A DNA stretch of 64,000 nucleotides from Candidatus Levyibacteriota bacterium (GTDB lineage: Bacteria > Patescibacteriota > Microgenomatia > Levybacterales > UBA12049), in NCBI GenBank assembly GCA_016186645.1, contig JACPLF010000006.1, positions 124,808 through 188,807 on the forward strand, in the 5' to 3' direction. Every line of letters begins with the position of its first letter. Position 1 is the stretch's first letter. The notes beneath the pieces are model-generated. The model was given only the letters and a program-made list of their open reading frames with translations. It was not told the origin of the DNA and searched no databases. The position numbers and the translations under genes are program-made. Shown one piece after another: positions 45,277-54,037 of the stretch.

Positions 45277-45603
45277 ATGGAATACGCGGTTATTAAAACA
45301 GGCGGAAAACAGTACAAGGTTTCAAAAGATCAAATAATTGAGGTTGAAAGACTTCCTTTTAAAGAAGGCGAAAATTTCTCTTTTGAGGGAGTGCTCCTGC
45401 ATGTAACAGATGGAGCTGTGAAATTGGGAAAGCCAAGAGTAGCCGGAGCAGCAGTCAAGGCAGCAGTTGTAAAGCATTTTAAGGGAGATAAACTTCGAAT
45501 ATCCAAATTCAAGGCAAAATCCAAATACAGGAGGGTTACAGGTCATAGACAATATCTTACAAGAATTAGAATTCTTGATATCTTGACATCCGTGAAAAAT
45601 TAA
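45277..45603 (+). CDS. rplU: 50S ribosomal protein L21
   Basis: MEYAVIKTGGKQYKVSKDQII is a canonical L21 start. Confidence 0.85.
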   Translation: MEYAVIKTGGKQYKVSKDQIIEVERLPFKEGENFSFEGVLLHVTDGAVKLGKPRVAGAAVKAAVVKHFKGDKLRISKFKAKSKYRRVTGHRQYLTRIRILDILTSVKN

Positions 45604-45638
45604 ATTAGAATAAATCAACTTTTCACGAGGGAAAACCT

Positions 45639-45890
45639 ATGGCACATACAAAAGCGCAAGGTTCAGTTAAGGGAAACAGAGATTCAAGAGCAAAGCGTTT
45701 AGGCGTCAAGTTATATGATGGTCAAAAAGTTGCCAAAGGTAATATTATAATGAGGCAAAAAGGAACAAAGCTTTTCAAAGGCGCGGGAGTTTCTATGGGA
45801 AATGATTTTACCCTCTTTGCAGTAGAAGACGGAATTGTGAATTTCAAGAATTCTCGCGGTAGGAAAATCATAAGCGTTGTAAGTTCATAG
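45639..45890 (+). CDS. rpmA: 50S ribosomal protein L27
   Basis: [24 protein letters not shown] is a canonical L27 start. Confidence 0.9.
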   Translation: MAHTKAQGSVKGNRDSRAKRLGVKLYDGQKVAKGNIIMRQKGTKLFKGAGVSMGNDFTLFAVEDGIVNFKNSRGRKIISVVSS

Positions 45891-45903
45891 TAAGAACCAT
45901 TTT

Positions 45904-46731
45904 ATGGATAATACGGGCATTAGTGAATCAATTCATGAGCTTGAAATTAACGTGCTGCAAAGCAACCCTCTTCAGCCCCGCGGAATAATTAGTCCTTCAT
46001 CTTTAAGCGATTTGGTTGATTCTATAAGAGAGCAGGGTATTTTGGAGCCTTTGGTTGTTGCTCAAACGCCGGCAGGATATCAAATCATTGCTGGGGAGAG
46101 ACGTTGGAGAGCAGCTAAACTCCTGGGACTTTCCAAAGTTCCAGTTGTAATCAAAGAAACCACTCCTCAGGGAATGCTTGAAATGTCTATTGTCGAAAAT
46201 GTTCAGAGAGAGGATCTTAATCCAATTGAAAGAGCATTGGCATACAAAAGACTTATTGATGAATTTGGTCTTGGGACTAATGAGGTCGCCAGAAAAGTCG
46301 GAAAAAGTGCACCAACAGTTTCTAACACAATTCGACTTTTGTCACTTCCGGATGCAATTAAAGACGCTTTGGTTGCGGGTGTAATTACAGAAGGCCATGT
46401 CCGTCCCCTAATTTCTTTAGGTGATACAGATTTAATGTTGGATTTATTCCGAAGAATACTTCGTGAAAACAGCACAGTTAGACAAACAGAAGATGAAGCA
46501 AGAAAAGCAAAGGGCGAGATTGAGAAAAGAGAGCCTCGTGCAGTAAGCGACAAGCTTTGGGTACCAGAACTTGATGAGATGGCTCGTAAAATTGCTGAAA
46601 AACATAGTTTGGACAAAGTTACAATTTTTCAAACCAGTAAGAAGGCAAAAATCTTGATAGAAATAAGAGGAGATGTAGAGGTAACTGGCCCCAAAATAAA
46701 AGCGTTAAATAAAATTTTGGCAGGCGAATAA
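45904..46731 (+). CDS. parB: ParB-like chromosome partitioning / nucleoid occlusion protein
   Basis: ParB box (GERRWRAAKLLG) and HTH (NEVARKVGKSAPTVSNTIRLLSLP). Confidence 0.8.
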   Translation: MDNTGISESIHELEINVLQSNPLQPRGIISPSSLSDLVDSIREQGILEPLVVAQTPAGYQIIAGERRWRAAKLLGLSKVPVVIKETTPQGMLEMSIVENVQREDLNPIERALAYKRLIDEFGLGTNEVARKVGKSAPTVSNTIRLLSLPDAIKDALVAGVITEGHVRPLISLGDTDLMLDLFRRILRENSTVRQTEDEARKAKGEIEKREPRAVSDKLWVPELDEMARKIAEKHSLDKVTIFQTSKKAKILIEIRGDVEVTGPKIKALNKILAGE

Positions 46732-47292
46732 TTACTTGTAAGGATTTTTGACTATCTCCATTTTGTCCAGCGGCCAGTAAGCAAAAAGAGACTTGCCAAC
46801 TATAGATTTAAGCGGAACAAAGCCCCACTCTCTAGAGTCAGAGCTTCCTGACCTGTTGTCTCCCAGTACGAAATAGGAATCTTCAGACACAGTTACAATT
46901 TCTCCTTCCTGAATAAATGATCCTCCATAGGTTCTGGTAGATGGGTCAAGAAACATACTTTGATCGAGGAGCTTTCCGTTAACAAAAACATCGCCATTTT
47001 TTAATAAGACTGTATCTCCAGGTATTCCAATTATACGCTTTATATAATCCTTTTCCGGATCAGACGGAGCCTTGAATACAATGACATCCCCTAGTTGTGG
47101 CTTTCCAAATTTTAAAGTAATTATATTTGTCAGAACGTATTGTTTGTCAAAAAAAGTAGGGTCCATAGAGTTTCCGCTAACCCGAAAGGGGCGGAAAAGA
47201 AAAACATATATTACGAGGAAAACCGCAAAAACCAAAAGAAGAGTTTGAACAGTATCTATCAAAAAAGCATAGGTTTTCCTCAAAAATTCCAT
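46732..47292 (-). CDS. lepB: signal peptidase I
   Basis: Catalytic Ser box VSGNSMDPTF, Lys box and GDNRSGSSDSREWG. Confidence 0.85.
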   Translation of the reverse strand: MEFLRKTYAFLIDTVQTLLLVFAVFLVIYVFLFRPFRVSGNSMDPTFFDKQYVLTNIITLKFGKPQLGDVIVFKAPSDPEKDYIKRIIGIPGDTVLLKNGDVFVNGKLLDQSMFLDPSTRTYGGSFIQEGEIVTVSEDSYFVLGDNRSGSSDSREWGFVPLKSIVGKSLFAYWPLDKMEIVKNPYK

Positions 47293-47423
47293 TAATTAAT
47301 TGTCCTTGATTTACCTAGCTTTGTCAATGCAAGGCAGATGTTGTAAAATGTGGTGGAGGACCCGTGGTTCAGTGGTTTACCCGTTCAAATTTTGATCCAC
47401 AAAATTTGTTCGGGTGAAGAGCG

Positions 47424-47696
47424 TTGCATTATATGTTTTATATTTATGTACTAAGGAGCGTTAAAGATAAAAAACTGTATTCTGGTTATACATCTGACTT
47501 AAGATCAAGATTTAGATATCACAACCAAGGTAAAGTAGAAGTAACTAAGCATAGAAGGCCATTTAAGCTGATTTATTATGAGGCATACTTGCATCAACAA
47601 GATGCAACAGCAAGAGAGAAATTCCTTAAGACTCAATGGGGAAGAAATTTTTTGAAAAGAGTTCTTAAGAATTATTTTAAAAACTTGGACGACTAG
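47424..47696 (+). CDS. small GIY-YIG nuclease family protein
   Basis: YIYVLRS...KLYSGYTSDLRSRFRYHNQG and KLIYYEAY match the GIY-YIG core. The 3' end overlaps the tRNA by about 10 nt. Confidence 0.6.
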   Translation: MHYMFYIYVLRSVKDKKLYSGYTSDLRSRFRYHNQGKVEVTKHRRPFKLIYYEAYLHQQDATAREKFLKTQWGRNFLKRVLKNYFKNLDD

Positions 47697-47758
47697 CTCA
47701 GTGGTAGAGCGCCTCGCTCACATCGAGGAGGTCGTTGGTCCAATTCCAACGTCGTCCA
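47687..47758 (+). tRNA. tRNA-Val (anticodon CAC)
   Basis: Manual cloverleaf. Acceptor GGACGAC/GTCGTCC, D-arm GCTC-AGTGGTA-GAGC, anticodon arm CCTCG-CTCACAT-CGAGG, T-arm GTTGG-TCCAATT-CCAAC. The T-loop is atypical and there is no encoded CCA. Confidence 0.55.
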
Positions 47759-47760
47759 CT

Positions 47761-48567
47761 ATGAGTAGGTGTTTGATTTGTAAATCCAATAATAAATACC
47801 CACTTTGCTCTAAGTGTGCAAAAAAACCCTTTTTGGTTGAAAGAGCAAGACAAATTCTTGCCAGCATAAATGATTTGGAGTTCTTGAAAAAAACATATAA
47901 TTTAAGATATGCTGAAATTAAGAATTTAAATACTCCTAAATTTTGGAATAAACTGCTATTTGATACAACAAATTTACAAGCTCAGGATGGAATGACAAAA
48001 GACAGAGTAAAAACTTCTTTTAAATTCTTGTCCAGGAATGCAAAAAAGATTCTAGATATAGGAGCGGGAAACGGGTTTGTAGAAGAGTTGATTGGAAAAA
48101 ATAAAGGCATTAAGATTTATGGCAATGATATATCAAGCATTGCAGTCAGAAAATTAAAAGAAAGATTTAAAGGAGATTTCAAAAAAGAATCACTATATTC
48201 AATGAAATATCCCAAAAAATCTTTTGATAGCATTTTTATGCTTGAGGTTTTGGAACATATTGCGCCCAGCAAGGTTTTCAGCGTGCTAAAGAAAGTCAGG
48301 GAAATTTTGAGAAAGAAGGGATCTTTGATAGTTTCAATTCCGACTAATGAGGGTTTGGAAAAGAAGAGAGATAATCTCAGCGGACATTTAAGAACGTATA
48401 CGGAAAATTTAATTAGAGCGGAGCTAAAAATAGCAGGATTTAAAGTTGTAAAATTAAAAACCCTCTATGCATTTAAAAATTTTTATAATTTTAAAAAAAT
48501 CTCAGCAAAAATTCTGAGAAAAAGATGGCAGCCTAACGATATCGTAATTTTAGCAAAACCTGAATGA
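47761..48567 (+). CDS. class I SAM-dependent methyltransferase
   Basis: Motif I ILDIGAGNGF and motif post-II. Start moved to the first Met after the tRNA (the track ORF start overlaps the tRNA). Confidence 0.6.
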   Translation: MSRCLICKSNNKYPLCSKCAKKPFLVERARQILASINDLEFLKKTYNLRYAEIKNLNTPKFWNKLLFDTTNLQAQDGMTKDRVKTSFKFLSRNAKKILDIGAGNGFVEELIGKNKGIKIYGNDISSIAVRKLKERFKGDFKKESLYSMKYPKKSFDSIFMLEVLEHIAPSKVFSVLKKVREILRKKGSLIVSIPTNEGLEKKRDNLSGHLRTYTENLIRAELKIAGFKVVKLKTLYAFKNFYNFKKISAKILRKRWQPNDIVILAKPE

Positions 48568-49613
48568 AGATTTTATTTTTTTCCCGTCTATTTTATCCCC
48601 ATATTGGCGGAGTTGAGAAGCACGTTCTAGAAGTGGGCCGGCAATTAATAGAAAAAGGTCACAAGGTGACGATTATAACGGAAGATTTATCAACTAAAGA
48701 TATACCAGTATATCTTCAATCGAAAGGAAAAATTCCAAGACATGAAGTTATTAATTTAATTGAAGTTTATAGAATTCCTGTAGGGGAAAGTGACTGGTTT
48801 AGAAAGTTTAGAATTTGGAAGGAAATTTGGAAACTTAGAAATTTAATAAAAACTTCAGATGCCATCCATTGCCACGATGTATTTTTCTGGTATCTGCCTT
48901 TTCGTTTTCTATTTCCTTTTAAGAAAGTATTTGCAACATTTCATGGATACGAAAGTTATCCTTTGAAATCAAAATCTATTTTAATGCACAAGATATCTGA
49001 AAAATTGTCTAATGGCAACATTTGCATAGGCCATTTTATAAAAAAATGGTACGGAACAAAACCGAACTTTGTTGTTTATGGAGGAGTAGAAGGAGTTAAA
49101 AGTGAAAAATTAAAAATGGAAAATGGGAATTCGGCAATTTTTATTGGCAGACTGGATGAGCAGACGGGAATATTAACTTATGTTAATGCAGTTAAATTAA
49201 TAAGGAAAAAAATACCAAATTTTAAGTTTGAAATAATAGGTGACGGAAAGTATAGGAAAGAAATTGAGAAATATTTTAAGGTTTTAGGATTTCAAAAAAA
49301 AACGGAAAAATATTTTCTAGATTATAATTTTGCATTTGTTTCCAGGTATCTGTCAATTTTGGAAGCAATGGCGGCAAGAAGATTGGTATTTGCGTCTTAT
49401 GATAACCCTCTTAAAGAAGATTATCTTAGAATGGCATCCTTTTCAAAATATATTGTAATTTTTAATTCTCCTTCCGAATTAATCTCAAAAGTTTTGTTCT
49501 ATCTCAAGAACCCGGACAAAAAAGAAAAATTGGTAGAAAGTGCCTATGAATGGGTTAAAAAACAGACTTGGGAAAAAATGGCCAATATTTACCTGAAGCT
49601 TTGGAATAAATAG
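48564..49613 (+). CDS. glycosyltransferase (GT-B fold, GT4-like, divergent)
   Basis: N-terminal MKILFFSRLFYPHIGGVEKHVLEVGRQL resembles a GT4 N-domain. Weak C-terminal motif. Confidence 0.45.
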   Translation: MKILFFSRLFYPHIGGVEKHVLEVGRQLIEKGHKVTIITEDLSTKDIPVYLQSKGKIPRHEVINLIEVYRIPVGESDWFRKFRIWKEIWKLRNLIKTSDAIHCHDVFFWYLPFRFLFPFKKVFATFHGYESYPLKSKSILMHKISEKLSNGNICIGHFIKKWYGTKPNFVVYGGVEGVKSEKLKMENGNSAIFIGRLDEQTGILTYVNAVKLIRKKIPNFKFEIIGDGKYRKEIEKYFKVLGFQKKTEKYFLDYNFAFVSRYLSILEAMAARRLVFASYDNPLKEDYLRMASFSKYIVIFNSPSELISKVLFYLKNPDKKEKLVESAYEWVKKQTWEKMANIYLKLWNK

Positions 49614-51306
49614 CTAGTATTATTAAAGAAATTAGGCTTAACCACTTTGAAAAAATAATTATCGGCAAATCTACAAATTTCACCTCGACATTATAATTTC
49701 CTTCGGGAAGATCAAAACTTATAACTCCGGGAAAATCAGGATTAGAATAGTTAACAGAAACGAGTTTTTTATTGGCCTCTACTGTCCATCCCGGGAAGTA
49801 TAGAGTGTTTTCTTTGATGTTAATACTTGAAAATGCATTAATTTGGTATCGATGACTAATTGGCGTTCTCGCAGTCTCTTTGGTAGCAGCATTTCCTTGT
49901 AAAATTTCTATATTTGCTTTTGGTTTGGTTCTAAGTTGTGATTTTTTCAAATCTGCCCAAATAGGAGATGATGGTTCCAATCCGCTAATATCAGGCTTGA
50001 TGTCAAACTCCTTTTTTAGATACTCGTCTTGAATAGTTGGAATAGTGCCCCTATTGCCCCAGTTTAATATTGTGTAGGCAATTGTAAGAAAACAAAGTCC
50101 TACGATGAACCAGTTTTTGTTTATTTTTTTAGCAACAATTCCTGCAATTATAGAAACGCATAATGCTAAAATCACAAGTAAGCGAGTAGAAAACTGGGAA
50201 TATTTTAAGAAGGGAGTAACTTCCCATATAGACTTTGACATAGGGAGTATCATAAAAAATAAAATTGCGGAAATAATTAAGAAAAAAACAAGAAGATTTT
50301 TTAGTTTTTTATTAAATTTATTTTTAACAATTAAATATATTGATATCCCAATGATAAATAGTTGTGTATAGCCAATTAAGTAAGAAAGTTCACCTATGTT
50401 GCTCTGGAATAAGAATCCGAGTCTCCAGGGCGAATACAGTAATTGCGACACTTGCGGAAATAAAATTTGGGTTGGGTTTAATCCTTGTTGCGTAAATTTG
50501 GCAAGATTTACGATAGGCAGCCAGTGGAAAGACGAAATAAAAAAACCGAATAAAATTGAGATAAAATAATAAATAATATTTTTTAATTTTTTATTATTCC
50601 TAAACCAGACAAATAATCCATAAGCTAACATTATCGGCAAAAACATTAGGGAAATTGCCTGATGAGAAAGAATTAAAAGCCCAAGAGATATTGCAAGAAT
50701 AACAAACCATTTTTTGCTATTTGTCTCAATAAGTTTTTTGATGGATAATAGTATTGCCGGTAGGAATACGAAAGAGAGATTCTCTGCTATTGTTACTCTA
50801 AAGTGTAGATCCACAAAATGGTATGGCATAAAAAGGTAGAATATTGCAGCAACAAATCCGGCTTTTTTACCCAGTTCTTCTTTGACCCAAAAATACATTG
50901 TTATTCCTGAGAAAATGAAAGAGAAAGATAGCAGCATCTTAATGCTGGTTAAAAAAGAGATACCGATAGAATGGAAGATAGAGCCTATAAAGTAAGGGAG
51001 AAAATATGCGAAAAGGAAATGTGGGTCTCCGTACCCTGCATTGAATTCGGGAGTCCATCGAGGAATAAGACGATAATTTACTAATAAATTGTAGAAAGAT
51101 ATTAATCTTTTTGCATGTAAAGAGAGATCTCCGCTTTCGTATGATCCTGCTCTAAAAATGCTTACAATCGGAAGGATCGAGATCAATATTAATAAATAAA
51201 ATAAGTTGATTTTTCGTTTGAAGAGATATTTATAAACTATTAAACCCAGAAGCAGGAAGATTGATAACATTAGGTTTAAAACGACCATTTTGTAGGCTGG
51301 TAGCAT
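49555..51306 (-). CDS. large polytopic membrane protein with C-terminal extracytoplasmic domain (possible GT-C-like glycosyltransferase)
   Basis: 583 aa with more than 10 predicted TM helices, then a soluble C-terminus. No OST WWDYG motif. Confidence 0.35.
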   Translation of the reverse strand: MLPAYKMVVLNLMLSIFLLLGLIVYKYLFKRKINLFYLLILISILPIVSIFRAGSYESGDLSLHAKRLISFYNLLVNYRLIPRWTPEFNAGYGDPHFLFAYFLPYFIGSIFHSIGISFLTSIKMLLSFSFIFSGITMYFWVKEELGKKAGFVAAIFYLFMPYHFVDLHFRVTIAENLSFVFLPAILLSIKKLIETNSKKWFVILAISLGLLILSHQAISLMFLPIMLAYGLFVWFRNNKKLKNIIYYFISILFGFFISSFHWLPIVNLAKFTQQGLNPTQILFPQVSQLLYSPWRLGFLFQSNIGELSYLIGYTQLFIIGISIYLIVKNKFNKKLKNLLVFFLIISAILFFMILPMSKSIWEVTPFLKYSQFSTRLLVILALCVSIIAGIVAKKINKNWFIVGLCFLTIAYTILNWGNRGTIPTIQDEYLKKEFDIKPDISGLEPSSPIWADLKKSQLRTKPKANIEILQGNAATKETARTPISHRYQINAFSSINIKENTLYFPGWTVEANKKLVSVNYSNPDFPGVISFDLPEGNYNVEVKFVDLPIIIFSKWLSLISLIILAIYSKASGKYWPFFPKSVF

Positions 51307-51322
51307 GCTGATATAATACGAA

Positions 51323-52489
51323 TTGTTAAGCTCTAGTGCAAGTATGAAGGTGTCTTTTATAGCTACAGTTTATAACGAGGAAGCTTCTATTAAGGCGTTG
51401 TTGGATTCACTGATGAAGCAATCCCAAATGCCTGCTGAAATTATTATTTCTGATGGGGGAAGTACTGACCGTACGGTCGGTATAATTAAAGCTTACCCGG
51501 GAAAGATTAAGATAATTATAAAAAAAGGAAATAGGTCGGTGGGGAGAAATGAGGCGATTAGAAAAACGACTAACGAAATTATTGTTTGTTCTGATTCAGG
51601 TTGCATTCTTGACAAAAATTGGGTAAAAAATATAATCGAACCATTTTCTGATCCAAAAACGGATGTTGTTGCAGGATATTATGTTGGCAAACCGAATTCG
51701 GTTTTTGAAAAGTGTTTAATTCCCTATGTTTTGGTAATGCCGGATAAAATAGACGCCAATAGTTTTCTTCCTGCCAGCCGCTCTATGGCTTTTAGGAAAT
51801 CCACATGGAAAAATGCAGGAAAATTTCCTAAAGAATTTAACAACAATGAAGATTATGTTTTTGCTAAAAATTTGATGAAAATTAACGCAAAGATTGTGTT
51901 TGAAAAAAAGGCAATCGTTTACTGGAGGCCAAGAAGTAATATTAAGAATGCTTTTACAATGTTTTACCGCTTTGCAAAGGGAGATTCAGAATCTCGCATC
52001 TTTAGACCTAAAGTGATCCTAATATTTGCACGTTATATTGCTTTCCTTATTTTTACAGTTTCGTTTTTAATTTTTAAATCATACATAATACTTAATACTT
52101 TATACTTAATACTTGCTTTTTATATTCTTTGGTCAATAGCTAAAAATTATAAGTATGTAAAAGATGCTCGGGCAATAGTCTTTCTTCCTTTGATCCAATT
52201 CGTATCAGATACGGCAGTGATAGCGGGAACAGTAATAGGCTTACTAACTCAAAAATTAAAAATATTAATTGAAGGATTATTCTATATTACAATTGTATAT
52301 TCAATAATCTTATTAAATTTCAGACACTTAAGGTCTTTGTTTAGTCCGCCTAAAATTAATCAGAGTGAAATCGTAGGCTACGCCCAGTATTTTGGCTATC
52401 CCTTATATTTTGAAACAATAATTTTATTTATTTTTATATTTACTCCAATTCTAGTTTTTTTTGTTCTTAGCAAAATGAAAAAAATATAA
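51323..52489 (+). CDS. GT2 family glycosyltransferase with C-terminal TM segments (polyprenyl-phosphate sugar synthase-like)
   Basis: SFIATVYNEEASIKALLDSL, DGGSTD and DSG-type motifs, plus a C-terminal hydrophobic region. Confidence 0.6.
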   Translation: MLSSSASMKVSFIATVYNEEASIKALLDSLMKQSQMPAEIIISDGGSTDRTVGIIKAYPGKIKIIIKKGNRSVGRNEAIRKTTNEIIVCSDSGCILDKNWVKNIIEPFSDPKTDVVAGYYVGKPNSVFEKCLIPYVLVMPDKIDANSFLPASRSMAFRKSTWKNAGKFPKEFNNNEDYVFAKNLMKINAKIVFEKKAIVYWRPRSNIKNAFTMFYRFAKGDSESRIFRPKVILIFARYIAFLIFTVSFLIFKSYIILNTLYLILAFYILWSIAKNYKYVKDARAIVFLPLIQFVSDTAVIAGTVIGLLTQKLKILIEGLFYITIVYSIILLNFRHLRSLFSPPKINQSEIVGYAQYFGYPLYFETIILFIFIFTPILVFFVLSKMKKI

Positions 52490-52498
52490 AGACTAACT

Positions 52499-54037
52499 AT
52501 GTTTAAAATAATAAAAAAAGACTTTGATGTAGTAATGCTTCTTATAATTCTATCGGCACTCTATTTCAAAGACTTCTTTTTTTCTTGTTTTAACTATTTA
52601 AATTTAAGTTTTGGATCTCAAATTCCTTTGACTTGGGATTTTACCTCACTTAATAATGTACTTCCGTATAAAGACATATATTTTCCTTATGGGATTTTGT
52701 TTTATTTTAAAAGTAATATTTTCTTAGCAATAATTAATTTCTTCCTGCCTACGATTTTATTCACAGGTATTTATGTTTTTCTCAAGAAAGCATTCGTTAA
52801 TAAATTAATCGCTTTTTTTGCTTTTATCTCTTTTTATTTATTTATAAGTAAGTTTACCGGTATAGAAAATTTCTCACGTTATGGTATAGCTTTGATCATT
52901 GGTGTTCTGCTATCCTTTATTTTCTATAGATCACCTCGGTTAACCTTAAAAGCATCTTTTTTCATTGGGATATTAATAGGTGGAGTTTTCTCATTGGTTA
53001 ATGATCAAGGGCTATATATTCTCTCTTTGTTCTTTTTCTTACTTTTAATAACTCCAATCTTAAAAAGAGTCAAATTAAGCTTCAATTTTTTAATTTCCAG
53101 AATTGTTTTTAGTTTTCTAGGATTTGTAATTGGATTTTTACCGTTCTTAATATTTTTAATCTCAAACAATGCGGAAAATGGCTTTTTACTGTTCATAAAG
53201 CATCTGCCTGATTTCTCACTGTATGCGAAGACACCATTTATTCCCTTTTCTACGACTACAGATAATTTATTTACTTTTGGAAGTATCTTTATTGCTGTGG
53301 TTCTCTTGAGTTTTAAAATTTTCTTCTCTAATAAAAGATTATCACTTATTTCTTTTATGGAATTAGGTCTGGTTTTTATCCTAATCCTTCTTGAACAGAA
53401 AAATATAATTAGATCAATTGATAAGCAAATAACTTTTATCGCATTTTTTCTTTATATAATTATGTTTAACGAATTAATAAAAGACAAAGTCAATGCTACT
53501 CTTACGGTTTTATTTTATCTAATTATTTCAGGTTTGATAGTATCCGGATTCGTGCTTCATCCATTTATTAATTATAAGTTGGGTTTTAAAAGAGAATTAA
53601 AGAGTATGTTTTTCCAGGAGAATTTAGGAAACTTTTTGGTCATAAAAAACAATCTGTGTCTTGATGATAACGTTAATAAATTAATAAAGAATAAAAGCAC
53701 AGGGCTTGAGAAAGTTAAAATGGCAATTGAAAAAGCCTCTAAAGATCCTGTTGAGATATTTGATTATTTAAGCGATCCAGTGTTTTATGTTCTGTTCAAT
53801 CAAAAACCTCCTTATTATTTCACTATTTTTGAGGGAACTCCTTTATATGCGCAGGAGTCGAACGTCAAATACATAAAAGAAAACAATATTAATTATATAA
53901 TTTACAATAACGATGCTTTAAGTATTCAGGATGGAGTGCCCGATAAGGCAAGAACTAGACTTCTTTTTAAGTACGTTTTGGATAATTTTATGATTCTAGA
54001 CAAAGTTGAAAACTTTGTAATTTATAAAAAAATATAA
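52499..54037 (+). CDS. polytopic membrane protein, unknown function
   Basis: 512 aa, very hydrophobic, lysine- and phenylalanine-rich. Confidence 0.35.
   Translation: MFKIIKKDFDVVMLLIILSALYFKDFFFSCFNYLNLSFGSQIPLTWDFTSLNNVLPYKDIYFPYGILFYFKSNIFLAIINFFLPTILFTGIYVFLKKAFVNKLIAFFAFISFYLFISKFTGIENFSRYGIALIIGVLLSFIFYRSPRLTLKASFFIGILIGGVFSLVNDQGLYILSLFFFLLLITPILKRVKLSFNFLISRIVFSFLGFVIGFLPFLIFLISNNAENGFLLFIKHLPDFSLYAKTPFIPFSTTTDNLFTFGSIFIAVVLLSFKIFFSNKRLSLISFMELGLVFILILLEQKNIIRSIDKQITFIAFFLYIIMFNELIKDKVNATLTVLFYLIISGLIVSGFVLHPFINYKLGFKRELKSMFFQENLGNFLVIKNNLCLDDNVNKLIKNKSTGLEKVKMAIEKASKDPVEIFDYLSDPVFYVLFNQKPPYYFTIFEGTPLYAQESNVKYIKENNINYIIYNNDALSIQDGVPDKARTRLLFKYVLDNFMILDKVENFVIYKKI

Noticed and set aside
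47352-47420. Second tRNA gene suggested by the D-arm-like GTGGTTCAGTGGTT string
   Set aside because: It could not be folded into a cloverleaf. The only strong stem is 13 bp, too long for an anticodon arm, and there is no matching acceptor stem. It is treated as a tRNA-like fragment at most.
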